Origin: Phoronis australis
Taxonomy: Eukaryota; Animalia; Phoronida
Direction: 5' to 3'
NCBI GenBank assembly: GCA_002633005.1
Contig: NMRA01000013.1
Location: 893,348-957,347, forward strand
Length of the DNA: 64,000 bases
Each line of letters opens with the position of its first letter. Within the stretch, counting starts at the first letter, position 1. The notes under the pieces were generated by a model. It saw only the letters and a list, made by a program, of their open reading frames with translations, was not told the origin of the DNA and did no database searches. The position numbers and the translations under genes are program-made. Shown here piece by piece: positions 38,602 through 53,421 of this stretch.

Positions 38602-40359
38602 TGTAACAGGAATGATCTCATCTCTGTCCCTGTATTGGCATGACACCTGTCGGTCATCGTCGGTATTAGTACATTCGTATAATTTGATCATACCTTATTT
38701 GGTCAGGAACCATCAAGTCCAAGAACTTTAACTTGGTGACTTGTCATTGGCCTCGTTTGTCATGTGACACCCTCTAAATAGCGGGCCACCTTGTGGTTTC
38801 GGGAGTTCGGTCACTCTTTCTAGCGTCGTACAGACGCGACATTTTGGCTCTACCAAATTCAACCGAAGCGGAGCTCGCAGTTATGAATGCGTAAGCCCAC
38901 TTAGGTTTAGCCCCTTAAACATTTCGACTTTATATCTAAATTCACCCCTATTTACTCCCAAATCAAGTGATCGTTTTCGTATAAGTTATCCCCGCAGAAC
39001 GCTGGGGTTTCATCGTCTAACAACTAAGACGCATCAATCACAACGCACACCCACCGCACTTAAACCCTAGAACAAAGACCGACAGTGTCCGACAACGCTA
39101 CTCAAGATTGCCTGTGAGTAAACGTACTAGCGACTGTACTGTTTTGTTTAGTTAATAAATGGTGCATACTACCGTAATCGTTCGGATTAACGCCCATGCT
39201 CAGTTAACCGCCCATCCCCGACTTTAAGTGGATTTTCGATTTAACCGCCCACTGCTCGGTTAAGCGCCCCTCTGCGATTTTTGAAGATTTCCTGTTATGC
39301 GCCCACCTCTCGGTTAAGCGCCCATCCCCGACTTTTAAGGAATGAAGATTTAGTGCCTAGTGCTAAGGAAACGCGCGATTCCCCGACTTTTAGAAAAAGA
39401 TCGACGATCACAATGAGTGCAACGACGCCGGGACTCCGAGACGGTGGTTTAGCAATCTAAATTACAATACAGGTAACGAGTTATTGTCTTGGGTCATGAA
39501 CTCACTTCAAAATATAATACTTGAACCTTTTTGTCACTTTATTTTCTTCCCTTGTTTGCAAAGTTTAAGAACGCCGCCGGCGTCAAAACCTCCGCTTTCA
39601 GCGACTTTGTCTGCNNNNNNNNNNNNNNNNNNNNNNNNNNNNNNNNNNNNNNNNNNNNNNNNNNNNNNNNNNNNNNNNNNNNNNNNNNNNNNNNNNNNNN
39701 NNNNNNNNNNNNNNNNNNNNNNNNNNNNNNNNNNNNNNNNNAATTTGATGTCAAACCTCTGCAACACGTGAAGCTTGCACGCGCGTACTTAAGCAGGGTC
39801 ACATCTTGAAACAGTTTTAATTCTAGTGGAGGCTGCGAGGTCACTGGTCGTCTGCGCACCGCAGGACGGCACGGGGCTATTACTCAGCAATTTTGTAAAT
39901 TTAATAGTGAATGACTAATCTGGGCAAGAGAACCTTTGTTGGGATCATCCGCTGTTATGATGTTTTCACAGTCTTTTGGCGACGTGACGATAAAGCTCTT
40001 TGAAAAGGGCTACGCGTTCCGAGTATGATTGTCGTGTCGGGATTTAGATCGCCAGGTAAGATTAACCGCTCAGGGTGGTTGTCTGTTGTAATAAGCGCCC
40101 ATGTTCGGTTAACCGCCCATCCCCTACTTTATAGGTGGATTTTTGATTTAACCGCCCATTGCTCGGTTAACCGCCCTCCCCTGATTTTTTGGATTCGCCA
40201 ATTTAACCGCCCAGGGCGTTAACCTGAACGATTACGGTATATACTACAACTTAGCGATTGTTTCTTTTGACTTAAAAGTATGTTCGTTTTTAACACTAAA
40301 ATAGTTCACAATTCCTGCCCCGGGCTTGATAACGAGACGCCCCAAGTGTCTCGATTACA
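38602..40359 (+). mobile_element. Solo LTR (~690 bp net, Gypsy-like 4-bp TSD) interrupted by a pogo-like insertion
   Basis: GTAT|TGTAAC ... GATTACA|GTAT gives TG..CA ends, inverted TGTAA/TTACA and a perfect 4-bp TSD. TATA-like TAAATA at ~38775 and AATAAA at 39154. Confidence 0.7.
39172..40237 (-). mobile_element. Second, inverted copy of the pogo-like element
   Basis: TA|CCGTAATCGTTCGG ... CGATTACGG|TA. Near-identical reverse complement of 34695-35138 and 33145-33620. The middle is an N gap (39615-39741). Confidence 0.88.
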
Positions 40360-43300
40360 GTATTAAGAACTGTTCTTCTAGTTAGTCTGCAAGAGCAGCT
40401 TTACAATCATTGTTAGAAATTTGATTTGTGACATGCTAATCTTGATAATGTAGGTTTTGTGGCTATAGCTACTAGGTGGCACTAGGGGTTTTGGTAGACA
40501 ACCTTCAGTGCCACCTTTAGTTCACCTGATAGTTGGATGTAGATTTGCAATGAGGTATTGAAATTTCTGCAATAATGTCCATGAGAGACAAAAATTGCAT
40601 TTCATCCTTGCCAACTGCTAATCTTAGAAGTTGGGTTGACTGAAAGCTGGTTTTGTGCTCTCACAATATTGAAGAGTTGTACAGGTTGGTTAGTTATTAT
40701 TAGAGGAGGACCAATTTGCTTTATAAGAGCGCTCACTCAACTAAGGGGAAAGGTGCCTTTGTTTTTGGAGAAGGAAAAATTCTCCCTCTCAGTCATCATC
40801 AATTCCACCCCTGGTGGCTACTCCTGATTGGTTTTGCCCCAAACAGAAAAAGGTGACATTTTGTGCTCCTTTTTATTGATCCCCTCACTGCTTTGAGGAG
40901 ATAACAAGAATGTTTAGCCTTGTAGTAGGGATGTCAAGCAGTGAACTCTGAACTGCTTCAAATAGCCTTCTTTGCTCAAGGCTACCTGATCACCCCTGCA
41001 CATGCGATGAACTAAATCCAGATCCTGTTTTCTTCTGCAAGCCAAAATTTTGAGCTTCATAAGCGAAATTTTGCATGATTTAAAATCTTTATTATCTGAG
41101 TTGAAAAGAGCTTACATATTCAGCCCCAAAAACGATACATTGTAATTAAAAGTTGTCTGGTTGTGTTAGCCACTATGGAGTTTTGAACATTCAACAAAAT
41201 TTTGCTGCCTTACAATGCTGTAATTCGATTTTTTTATTACAGTTGAAAAGCCAGTGCTATCAGTCAAATTTTGTAAAATCAGTTACTTGTGAGGATGTAT
41301 ATCTAGTGGAGATTACCTAAAAATTTTCCGATGTCGGACTATCTCTGAAATTTGGAACACTGATGTTTCAGCAGAAATTGAATTTTCTTAATTCTGGAAA
41401 TCGGGACATATTTCTCACATTTCGGACACAGTGTTTTGTGGCAATAGTTTCTGAAAAATTAGACTTGACAGTTAGTTCATCTGTATTTCGGGTGATTCTT
41501 GAATTTGAAATGGCCAGTAATGCCTGTTTCTAAAATTTGGTACAAGCTCCGACCTTGAGCAAAGTAATTAATTTTTCACAGTCCAAAATTGGAGAATTTT
41601 TACCACATGACCAGATAGATGTCAGTGCTGTCAGTTTAACAACTTGCTACATATTTTTTACGAAAATGCCCATTTCTTGATATTTCATTGGCAAGAAAAA
41701 GTGCACCGAGACTCTGCATGATCATAGTCTACGGGGGTCGAACAATAGAGGGGTCACTTCATATTCCTACATTATGTTACAATCTGGACCCCTTTGGTCT
41801 ATTGTCTGCTTGGGCATCGCTGATATATCATTTGTCACAAAAATGTGACCTAACAAGCAAACAAGGAAACATGTATCAGGGGAGACAATATTACCTTAGT
41901 TTGACCAGGTAAAAGCAACCAGTGACACAATTTTTTTGTAGAAGTAGCGAAAAACCAGCGAAAAAGTTTCACAGATTTTTGGCAAATTTGACCTAAGCAC
42001 CACCTAGGGAGTGGTGATAAGGCCAGAAGGAAGCATAGTCGGTTCTGGTCTCTGGTACCCCAACTCATTTTGAGGTATGAGTTGGCAGCTATAAAAGTGC
42101 GCCCGCATCAGTTTCTGCCATGGTCTCGTTAATTGTTTGGAAAAGCTGCACAAAGTTACGTACTAAGCAAGGGAATGCAAAATTGAAATGCCATGATTTG
42201 CCAAGATTTGACTGAAAATCAAATACCGACTCATTTTTACCCATCTTGTGTGGATCTTCTTGTTTGGAAAAAATGAATAGTATAAAAATTGCCCCATCCT
42301 GCTTGATTTCGAAAAAACAGAGCAGAACCAACTGTGCTATTTTGTCTTAAAACTAAACATTTCTGTTATAATTTCACAAGTAACTGTGTGACAAAGTCCT
42401 CTTGGAAAGGATATTTATTGATCAGACAGTGTGGTCAAAGGTATCCTGCTTTTAGGCTGATAAGAAAAGAAGCAATCCATCACTATTGTCAGTTGTGTTT
42501 TTTAATAGCTGAGCTGCTCTTGCTATAAATTTTTGCGATTTTTTCATTAAGGCAGATTTTATTTTTAGAAAATAGCCCTTGATTAATTTTTCCTGCGATC
42601 AATGATGATTCCTAGAGAAACCTTATTAAAATAAGTAGTACTCTTCCCTATAAAAGGAACATTTAAATGAGGCCATGTAAGATCATTCTTAATTAAATCT
42701 TGGTTCTGAAAATAGGCTACAGTAAACTGACAATGTTTAAGTGCCACTGGAGTACAATTGGGCTTGTATTTGGGGTACGAGGAAAATAAAAGTAATGCTG
42801 TTTATGATTATAAGCTTATAAGCTTATAATCAGAAATTGTCTGTTACAGTAATAAATGTGTATTATCAGGTTTGTTAAAAAATGTGTAGTTAGGTTTGTT
42901 AAAAATGTTTAGTTAACTTATGAAATATTTAAATCTGAGAAATTGGTATGGTTAGTTATGGGAGTAATGATGTTTTTATTTAAAATCTCGTCTACGTGTA
43001 TTTAAAAATTTGGTTTATGAAACAATTTGAATGAAAAAAAAATTTAATTTTACCATGTGTTGGAAAATTGATCTCAAATTTCATTAAAAATCCATACATC
43101 CCTCAACAAGCAGTATTGAGAGTCTCATGCAAGTTGTTGGCTCTGCGTAGGTGATATCATTAATTCATTGCATCGCAAGAAGTAGGCGATAAATCTCAAT
43201 TTGTGCCTAAAAGCCTTTTGAGAGCACTTAACAGTTGCAATACAATCTGAGTGGTCTGAGTTCTTCCTTCATTTTCCACATATTATGATATAAATGACAG

Positions 43301-44175
43301 AACTAAAATATTTTTCTTAACAGAACGAATTACTATGGTAAACTGTTATCCACTTAGCACATGTGATGGACAAGTGAAATTTTATTTAGTAAGAATTTTC
43401 AAAAACGTAAACATTGATAAATTTTGAAGTGGCTATCATTATCATTTTCTGTGTACTGTAGTGGTCATTATAGCCCTTTCACACTTGTAGACACTTTGGT
43501 GTTTAGGGAAGTGTGAATCAGTGGGAATGCTTAATCTGTTTGTGTACCGAAGTTAAAATCAAAAATGCTTAATGTGATATCAAAGTTATCACAAAAGTTA
43601 CTGTGAACAACGGCACCTGTTGGATTAAAATTTTGTACATACTGTGTTTAAGTATTCACCATTCTTCAGCTGAGAATAGCTTGGCAGCATCCCTCTTCTA
43701 TGCTAAATTTGTGAGATACACGACAGTGCTGTCTGCTTACAATTTTAATAACGGTACTCTCTTAAACTGCCAGAGTGTTCAACCAATTCTGCATTCTGTT
43801 ACTTGATATTTAATTTCTTCTGTTCTCCAAATATGTACTGAACGGTTCATTTAAAGAATAAATTCGTATTGATTTAGCAGAACACCTAATTTGATTTTGG
43901 TTGTATGTCAACGCACATCTAGTAGCCGGTTGAACTCTGTGGGATAAAACGTGAAATATTGTAAATATGAATAAGGTTAGGCCTTCAAATGTTACGCAGG
44001 ACCCTAGAAAAATGTCCAGATTCGGCTTGCTTTGAAACGTCATATCTCGAAAAAGGCCGAGGGGACTCACATGAAACTTTCATTTGTATGCTTTATATAC
44101 TGTTCTTAAAAAGTGACAGGAATTGTTTTTAATGTTTTACACTTTTACATGACGGGCTATAAAAGATGACCTGAA

Positions 44176-44430
44176 GGAGAAAGCGTGGCTCAGTCGTTTC
44201 AGCTCCGTACTCCCGTTTGGGAGAGCCGGGTTCGAATCCTGGCTTCACTGGCAGACAATGGGGCATTGCACAAAGGTGTCTCCTGCAGTGGTAACCGAGC
44301 AGTTAGTCTGTTAATTATTGCGCAGAAGATAAACCCTTACTGAGCTGCTTAGTTGATGGCATGTTGATGATGCAACGCTGAATAGCTTGTTCAGTGATGA
44401 ACCCCCACCAAGGATGAACTACCATCATTA
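44176..44430 (+). mobile_element. tRNA-derived SINE
   Basis: Pol III A-box-like TGGCTCAGTCG (44186) and B-box GGTTCGAATCC (44229), followed by a non-tRNA body. No complete cloverleaf. The 3' end is approximate. Confidence 0.55.
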
Positions 44431-45745
44431 TGTATCCAGGTCTATGGTATGTTATGTTGATTTTGATATCAAGATACCTGTAGAAAGTCTGTCTCTTTGA
44501 TCACATTGGCTGATCATGCTGGCGACATTAACTTCACCTGTCAGGGAACCCCTACCTTGGAAATGTATGACTCGATCTCCATCCTTGTGTTATCTCTGCA
44601 TTTTAAAACATGTCGTCATTATTAAGCTTCTTTTAAGTCACTTTTCTATTAGAGGGAAAGGTTAATCTGCAAGCAAAACTTCGCGGAAAATAGTAGGATT
44701 TAAAAGTGTTGTGGGAAAGGTCAGAGCGAAACTTCATCTAAGTTATCGACAGAGGTCGCAGTTACGAGATGCGATCATGCGAGACTTGCATAAGAAATCT
44801 ATCTAAAACGTTTAATATTACCAAGGTTTTCTGTAGCCAAATCAACAATGAGGAAGACAAAAAACGGCCAACTCAAGTTAGCAAGTATGCACTGGTGCCT
44901 GTGTCAGTGCGTTTCAGTTTCGGCGGCCATTTTGTTGGTGTACCAAGAAATTAAAACTTAAATTTTCTACATTAAAGCTCTGCATTTCTTCAAAAAATTG
45001 ATGTGTTAAAAGGGCATAAAGTTTTGACAGGTTTGGTTTTCGAGTTAGAACTTGTTTTGTGAACCTTTTTACAAATGTGGCAAGTGTTTTTGTCAGGAAG
45101 GGAGGAAAGTTATTGTCTTCTTTGATTTAAAGTCGAAGACAGATGATCAAGGGCTAAACACAGACTGTTATTCCGTTTCCGTTGTGATTGATGTCTGAAT
45201 GATCGACATCATTTGTAAAGTGACCGGACAGCTGATATTGTTTGTAATCTTACCAATTATGGGATAAAAAAATCACAAACCATGACTATATATACTCACC
45301 TAGGGAGAGGGCAATTGTGAAGCATCAAAGCGGTAAGAATCTTCAAGGGAGATTATTGTCTAAAAAGTAATTTTTATAATTCTGTCTCCTACGGAAATGA
45401 TTGAGCACTGCAGGTGGAGCTAAATCTCACTGGATATATGCTGCAGTATTTTGAGTTTATAATTCTCTGTTAAAGTCGCTGGCTTTAATTTCAATGGATG
45501 TTCGTCTCACAACGGTGAGAATTGGCGATTTGTAATAAAATCGTACCAGCATGACTGATCTTGTTGTTGTATTAGTCTGGTCAAAGCTAATAACTTCGTG
45601 AAGCCTTTCCCACGCAACTGTACTCCAAAAATGCACCTTGTGGCCTTAAAACCGACAATGTCTCCCCAATAGATGCTTAAGAAATTATGAGACTGAAACA
45701 TAGATGTTTCAGGTATAACATAACAGGTTGCAACTTACACCTTGG

Positions 45746-46217
45746 CAGGCCTTTATGCAGCGTATGTCGTGGTGGTCCACTGATCTGGACGCCCTGGCAA
45801 GGACGCCCAAAGTATCATTTGGATGCCCACTGTCAATAGGAACCTTTCAAGTTTGGACTCGCATTGTAATGAATACTAGGAAGCCTCTGAAGGCTTACAG
45901 TGGGGGCTCTTTTTTCAAAGCAGGAAGACATATACTATGTATATACAAAGTATATACAATGTTGCTATGCTCACACTTGGTTGATAGCATTGTAAAATCT
46001 TCTTGGTCTACAGTTTTTTTTAGTAAAATTACAAACTACAGAAGGCTGTTTTGTAATCTTAAATGTAAAAACCTTGGTCTAGGCAATTTTTGTAAAAAAA
46101 TCTGTGTTTGGGGGTATTGCTGGAGGTGGGGGGTTATGCGTCGGAATCATGGACGCCCTGGAATACTGGGAACCCCATTTTGGACACCCTATTTTTGAAA
46201 TCCTGGATAAAGGCCTG
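45746..46217 (+). mobile_element. Internally deleted hAT MITE, same family as 19854-20860
   Basis: CAGGCCTTTATGCAG ... CTGGATAAAGGCCTG; TSD CACCTTGG/GACCTTGG (7 of 8). Confidence 0.85.
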
Positions 46218-47720
46218 GACCTTGGTCCAAAAACTTGATATTGCCATTGGCAATTGTCCGCATCAAGTTCTTTATAGAACGTTCCATACCAATGTTGTTA
46301 CAGCAATGTTTTGGTGGCAATCAGTAGAAATGGCCAACTTTGGTCCTGGATCCAAGTTTACAGTGCAAGTTAATTGGATTTTCCAAGCGCTTAAACAGGT
46401 GGATTTAAAAGCTTTGCGTTGATGGTTCAAGTTTCGTGTGACCGGTTAACTACAGCGTCATTGTAGTTGTCACCAGATGTCACTGTCTGTAAGAAGGCCA
46501 CGTTTTGTGGTATCCTTTGGTACAATAAATTCTGGCCAGTTTAGGACACAATAGGGCAGAGAAGGGAAATGTTATTTTCTCACTTTTCCATGAATGACGT
46601 GTTTGAAATGGATGAGGTTTTACTGTACCATCTGTTTTAAATATTCGCAATGATATCACTATAACGACCAACTTCATTTCACGCATAATGCAACCGTATA
46701 CATAATATTTCAAAACTAAAAAAATCGCCTGCATTACGTTTTTGTAATACCATCTCGTGATAATTCCAATTCCCCACGCTTCAAACTGCTTTAGGTCGGT
46801 GTCAACTAACAGCTGAAGCCAGTGTGAAGGATTCACCTAGTCTGGCAGTTTTCATCAAGGATCTTCTAGTATAGCAAAGAGTTGATATGAAAAGACCTTA
46901 ATAAGGAAAAACATCATCAATGTCCATTTTATAATAATGACATAATACCTTGATACACTTCATTAGATTGTTTGGCAGATCATAACGATGAATTATTGAT
47001 TGATGTATTATGTCTTTATGTGAGCCTAATTCCCCATTATCTGTATTTGATATAAACATTACCTATTACGCATTTCCATGTTCTAAGCTACTTTGGAATG
47101 GTTTGGCTGGGGGAAATCGCCATCCCAGCTAATTTATTTATTGTATTTCTGGGTCTGCACTGAATAATTAGCATCATTTAAGGGCCAATTGCAGTGATTA
47201 GCTTATTTTTTGTTTGAACAAATATTGGGCTTAACTGGGAAGAAGTTAAATTTCTAACATTTATTTTGAAATCTAGAGAGGTTTTCAAATCGCTAGAATT
47301 AAAACCTGTGTGTTTAAGATCAGAATTTTGAGTAGTGAGTAGGTATGATGTATGGAGGGAAAAGGGAAGACTTATTCACACTGAGGATTCATGTCATGAC
47401 CAGAAAAGGCAGATCAATAGTGGTGCTTTCATATTGGCACTCTCAAGAGTAATGAGAGCGAGAAAGTGATTTCTGCTTGATCCTGACTTAGATTTGGTGG
47501 ACAGAAATTCAATTATGATTTAGAAGTTCATTAATTTCGAAATACAGGAATAAACCTTTGACAGCCCCTCCTATTGATGGATAGTTTAACTAATTTCTTT
47601 TAACTTTTTGACATTGGCTGAGATCAAAATTCTCGCGCTTTATGACTTCATAGCCATGGATTCTTCTTCACAGTGAGAAATGTATGAAACATGGTCTCCG
47701 TCATTCCTACGTGGTTTACC

Positions 47721-49000
47721 TTTTTATGCACTCACACTATTTGTAGACATTTTATGCCATCACCCCTGTTTATTCGGCATGTGGTATCCAGGGTCCAGCT
47801 CTATCTTCAAAACCCTTTGATAATATGTTCATGAAATTTTATACATTTGTTCCTTTTATGGATGGGATGGCGTGAGTGAACGTTCCGATGGATCTGACTA
47901 CCGGTGTGCCCTTTAGTAGTAATTTTAGTTTAAATTACATTTACCAGTGTGTCTTCAAAGATCCTCTACGGATTTTCATAAATTTGGCAAATAAGCATCT
48001 ATTAGTGAGATGACGCTACTCTCCTGTTTTTGGATGGATTCGAGGTATTTTGCACCACCCAGTGGCCATTTTTACTGTTTTTGGTGTCTGCCCCTCTGTT
48101 AACCAAACCACTCTAAGGTTGATTGTGAAAATTGGTATATATGCTCCTACTGTGAAGAGGATGGCTGACGTTGATTTTCGGACATGTTCAACTACTTTGG
48201 CAGTGACTGGCACCCCTTAGTGGCAATTTTTTTGTTTCCATGACTGTATCCTCCTTTTCCTTTTGCAAAATCATTTTGAAGCTCTGCAGAAGTATTCTTA
48301 TGGAGGTGGCAACAGATGACGATGAGTTTTAGACCAATCCAACTACAGCTGTGCCCCCTGGTGGCAACTTTATATTTTATGTTTGCTTTTGTAACTTCAG
48401 TGTTTTGTAAAGCTTTTTCATGAAATTTGGCAAACTAATTTCTGTTATGAAGATGACAGCACCTTTCCTTTTTTGTGATGAATTCAACTTGTTCTGCACC
48501 AACTAGTGGCCATTTTAATTATTTTTAGTGTGTTTTTTGTGGTCTGCTTCTGTTTCCTCTGCCATACCGCGCAGAGGATCGTTATAAAAATTAGCAGACA
48601 AGAGATTGGCTGACGAGAATTTTGAAATGAGTTCAAGTACTTTGGTGCCTCTTACTGACATATTTGCACATCTACGGTTGCATCTCATAAACCCCTTGCG
48701 AGATGTTTTTGAGGTTTTGCAATTGTACTCCTATCAATTTGACAACAGATGGATGGATTTGACTAGTGCTGTGGTTCCTAATGTCAGTTTTTTTCTACGT
48801 TTGCCTTCGTGTCTTGGGAGTTCTTTGACGAGTTTTCGTGAAATTTGTCAAATACTTTTGAGAGATGACACAGTCACCTTCCCATTTTTGGATGGGTCCA
48901 CTGTATTTTGTGCCATCTACTGGCCATTTTTTATGATATAAATAAACACCCCTGGAAGCACACTATTTGCGGTGCAGTCGTGGGTGCATTTCAACGCTTC
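47721..49000 (+). mobile_element. HINE/DINE-1-like element, copy 3 (older, diverged)
   Basis: TTTTTATGCACTCAC start, the same tandem units with CCC(T/C)(A/G)GTGGC cores, and 3' GTGGGTGCATTTCAACGC. Confidence 0.75.
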
Positions 49001-49940
49001 CAAAAGTAATAATAGTACTCTCCACCGCACTGCAGTAGAAATGTTCCGGAAAGATTTTAAAATGCTGTTTACACAAGTAGGTTTAACTTCCCATCCACAT
49101 TATGTAGGATTTGAAAGTGGCGCTGGACACCTGTTCGCCACAGGCAAGATAGTGAATTTCAATATGGTGCGACAATTCTGAAAATTAGCTTTTTTTATAG
49201 TGCCTAATGGTTTATTTGAATCTGATCACACATTTGTCAAATATATTTCCAATGTTGGCCACATTTTGACAGTTTCTCAAGTTTGTTCATGAGTTTAAAT
49301 AGTGGAAATTACAGTTAAGATAAACTGGCCACATTCTGATCTAGGTCCCTTTCTCACCACTGTAGATCCGATGTCAACTTGTTACAAATTCAAATGAGAA
49401 GTGTTTTTTGGTATCGCAAAGAACTGACTGTTTGTTATTTCTTAAGCGTGGCATTAGTTTTTGGCCAAATCAGAATTAAGAAATGGAAAACAAAAACGAC
49501 TCATTATCGAAACGACGTTTTGATATTAATCGTACATCCTCATCGGGTACAGTAGTCAGACAGACCAAATCTCAACAGAATGCTTCATGTTACAGTGCAT
49601 GGTGCAGGATCTGTCAACTAAAAATTCTACTACACGTACTTTGATGTGACCCTTTGTTCTTTGACCCACTTATATCGAAATGTTGTTTTCACACTGTATT
49701 CTGAGCATTGTTTTTGTCTTCCACGTTTTATTTCTTTGAGGCGTTGCTCAGTGCATAAAGTAACCCACCATGGGCTCTCAAGCAACATCAAACTGTTCGT
49801 TCTTCTGAAGCATGAAATCGTCAGCAGTTTGACGAAGGAAAATTTGGGACAATTTTATGGTTAAAATTAAGTGGTCCAACTTAAAAGTTGTTTTCGTTAT
49901 TATAGGTAGGCTTCTATCAGGTTTGATACTTAGGTAGGCT

Positions 49941-50086
49941 CAGTGGCAGATTTAGAGGGGGGCCAGGGCCCCCCTAAAATTCTCCTAGATCCATTTGGCA
50001 GTTCGGGGGCGCAGATGTCTGACGAGCAAAATTCTGGCTAATACTCTGACGTGCCCCCCCAACTCAAAATCCTGGATCTGCCCCTG
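49941..50086 (+). mobile_element. Short hAT-like MITE, same family as 16351-16513
   Basis: CAGTGGCAGATTTAG ... CTGGATCTGCCCCTG; flanks AGGCT/AGGTT. Confidence 0.7.
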
Positions 50087-53000
50087 AGGTTTGTATCAGC
50101 TTTGATACTTGTATAGTTTATTTTTACTTATTAGGCAAAGTATATACTTTCAACATTTCTTAATGTACCTGTTGCCTTCTGGGAAATGTGTCGGGATACC
50201 TCAGAGAATTGGTCTAAAGCTGTGGTAAAAATTCTTCAATTTGGGACAAAATAATTCCAATTATAATTGTCATATTTGTATTTTTAGAGGCTTACCACAT
50301 TGTTGCTAATGCTCCCAATTTTTGCCAAATGCCTTGCATTAGCTACACCATACAAATCATGTTAAAAGCAAAGAAAACTGTGTTGAAAAGTTATGTATGT
50401 TTAGTGTGTGCGTGCCTGTACCTGCCTACATGTGTTTATCCTAAGGAGAGACTGCACTGTAATGATGGAACCTGATCCAGTCAGGGGATTAGTTGATTGT
50501 ATTGTGGTGGGGAATCTGCGATTTCATCAATGAGGGATTTACTAAATATTCAGTCTCATTACAGCCATAATATACGTCATTTTTTGCCATAGCGACCATT
50601 TATTGAGGGGATTTGACCCCCTGATCACCCCCCCTTTGTTTTTTGTCATTATTATTTAGTTGCATAAAAATGTTTACCAGGGTCTTTATCTTTCAGAGCC
50701 AAACTACAACTGCAGCAAGCATTGAAATATTTACCAAAAGTTGCTGTGCAACATCTGTTTCAAAAGATTTTCATTCTTCATCAGAAATAACTCAAAGTTT
50801 CCGAATTGTTGTTAGTTCTTGCCACTTTGATTGATTACAAAATGTTACGATTTGAAGCAAGACAAGATACTAGGAGTTTTCAGAAGGTCTTGGGGATTGT
50901 TTTCACAAGCATGTTGAGTTCACTGGCATGTGACTGTCAGTGTTGCTGACAAGTCATCATTTTTTTCCGCGACTATTATTAAAAAATGAAAGTCGATGCA
51001 GCTTTGGTGATTTTTTGTAGCCGAACCAGAGATCATGATTTGTCTTATGCGTCACGTAAACTGTTAAATTTGAATGCTATCCATGTTATTCGCCAAACTG
51101 CGGCCTGTTAAATGAAACGTGACTTTAAAAAGTGCTTTCACCTCACAATTTGTGAGTATTGCTTTGCCAAATAATGATTAGTGTGTCACAGTCTAGAAAT
51201 AATTTATAGGAATTATCTCAGTTAAATTACTCTTAGCAGTTGTATATATTCTCAGATACTTAGCAGTTTTCGTCAATAAAGATTTTGCTTGATTTTTGAA
51301 ACAGTTGGGTGAATAAACTTGGCTATAAACAGGCAGACCTGTGCTGCGTGTTTGAATTCATCATGTGCTGTATAAACTGGTTATGAGCAAAAACGGCAAT
51401 TTCCGACGATGCGCGTACTTTATTGCATATTTCATCTAGTTGTTTCTCGTGATTATTTTCCTGATAAAACTGTTGTCATGCTTAGGATAGAAGTGCCTGA
51501 ATTAGTGCCTCTATTGAATTTGACGTAAGTTATATTATGGAGCTCTCTGTATTAAGTAGGCTCACAACATTGTACTGATTGTTGACACAAAAATAGGTTT
51601 TGGGAAGCAATTTCCCACCATGCTGGTTTGCGTTTGAGTATCAAGCTGTGACCAATGCTGGTGTAAGAAGTAGGTAGCTGATACCCGTGTTTTCTGGTTC
51701 AAACTGCGAAGTATTTTGTGATGCCTACTCTAAAAATATGTGCAAACTCATTATAAGCCAAGTCTGCGGGATATGTAAAACTGTGAACTCCTCATGTGGT
51801 GTTGGATGGAGCAGGTGATACAGTTAGTGTAGTAGCATGGGGAGAAAGTAGTCCGTTCCTTCGTGCACAAAACAGTAGTTTGAACATATTTTAATTACTT
51901 TTACTATAGGTGAATTTACGCAATCTATTTCCACCAAACATCGACAGCTTCACATCTGACATCTTGCATATTGTTTCCGATGAAATGATTAGATTTTTAT
52001 GATGTAATTTAATAAAATTTCAAAGGCAGTCAATTACATGCACTTCTGTACATGTCGTTCGCGGAAAAAAACACAAATGAAATTTCACTTTCCCCCCAAT
52101 TTTTTCAAGTTGGTGAGATTTTACAATTAGTTTTTGTATCCATACAGTAAGGTCGCGCGAGTCCGTACTGATTCAGTTTGATTTCCAAATCGAGACGTTC
52201 CATATTTCCGTTAATCGTACATGATTTCAGTTGAAACCTTCTCAGCACACACACCTCTACCTGAACTATTACATCCATTGTGAAAAGTATTGAACCAGTA
52301 ACATGTAGTGTATTGCAAACATTCTCTAATATCCAGGATGCTACTCAAGGTCGCGAGGGTCACAGCTACTGGAGAAACTTCAAACAGTTGCGACAGCTTT
52401 TAATACATTTTAAACGTGATATACAAGATTCTTCAAACTTTTAAAAAATTACACTCGCATAACGTGTTTGTAGCGCCATCTTGCTACAACTTAGATAAGC
52501 AAAACATCAAATGATGTAACCCCGGCGTCTGCTAACTATCGAAGCCGAGCTGGTACGAAAAGTTCAACTGTACAGTGTACATCAACGGTACCTTATTATG
52601 AAAATGTCTTCTGACTTTCAGTATGATATGCATCTACTGACAAGTATGTGATGTAATTAGAGAAATGTTGTAATTATGAGGTTGTCACCATGTGGGCTGT
52701 GTAACAACCACCTTTGTATCTAACAGTAGTGACGTACTTTGTCTGTCAGTCCTGACGTTTATTATCAAAACAGATGGTTTTTACGCTTTGCATTTCCTGA
52801 TTTTTTGTACTTTGTCAATCAAACTTGGTGTAAAATGTCAAAACAGCATTTGTTTTTGTATTTTCAATAATGACAGAAAAAAAGTGCTTATACTTCACGT
52901 GAGTGGTGAAAATGCCAGCAGCTTCAATAGCTAAAACGCTAATCAAAACACTTAAGTTTTAGCTTATTACAGATGCGCTGTTCGTGGAGGGGTAATATTT

Positions 53001-53181
53001 GCTAGCAGTTAGTTTCTTCACCACCAGGAAAAGTGATGTCAAAACATGTTCACTCTCAGCCATAAACTGCGATGCCAAACGAAGGCTTTTTACCCCTGTG
53101 CATGTGTGTCCTTTGAAGTGAGCGGTCTGGCTACTAAAGTGTTGGTAGTTTTGGGTTACTCAGACCTCCAGCAAAGCACAA

Positions 53182-53421
53182 GGGGTCTATTTCATGAAAA
53201 GTGACATAAGACGAGACAAAAAATCGGCCTTACTCTCCCAGTTAACAGTTGCCAAGCAGGTCACTGTCATTAATAATTGATACAAATTTTTTCAGTAATT
53301 AACAGTTATGGGTATATTCTCACGTACATTATTGTTTTGCTTAACTTAAATTATTTTCCAAAAATAGATATGTTGAGCAAATTTCTGTCTTAAGTCGGTC
53401 ACTTTTCATGAAACAGACCCC
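53182..53421. mobile_element. Harbinger-type MITE
   Basis: TIRs GGGGTCTATTTCATGAAAAGTGAC ... GTCACTTTTCATGAAACAGACCCC. A related right end occurs at ~59480-59497. Confidence 0.65.

Noticed and set aside
44176-44245. tRNA gene
   Set aside because: A and B boxes are present but there is no proper acceptor or anticodon stem; it continues into a SINE-like body.
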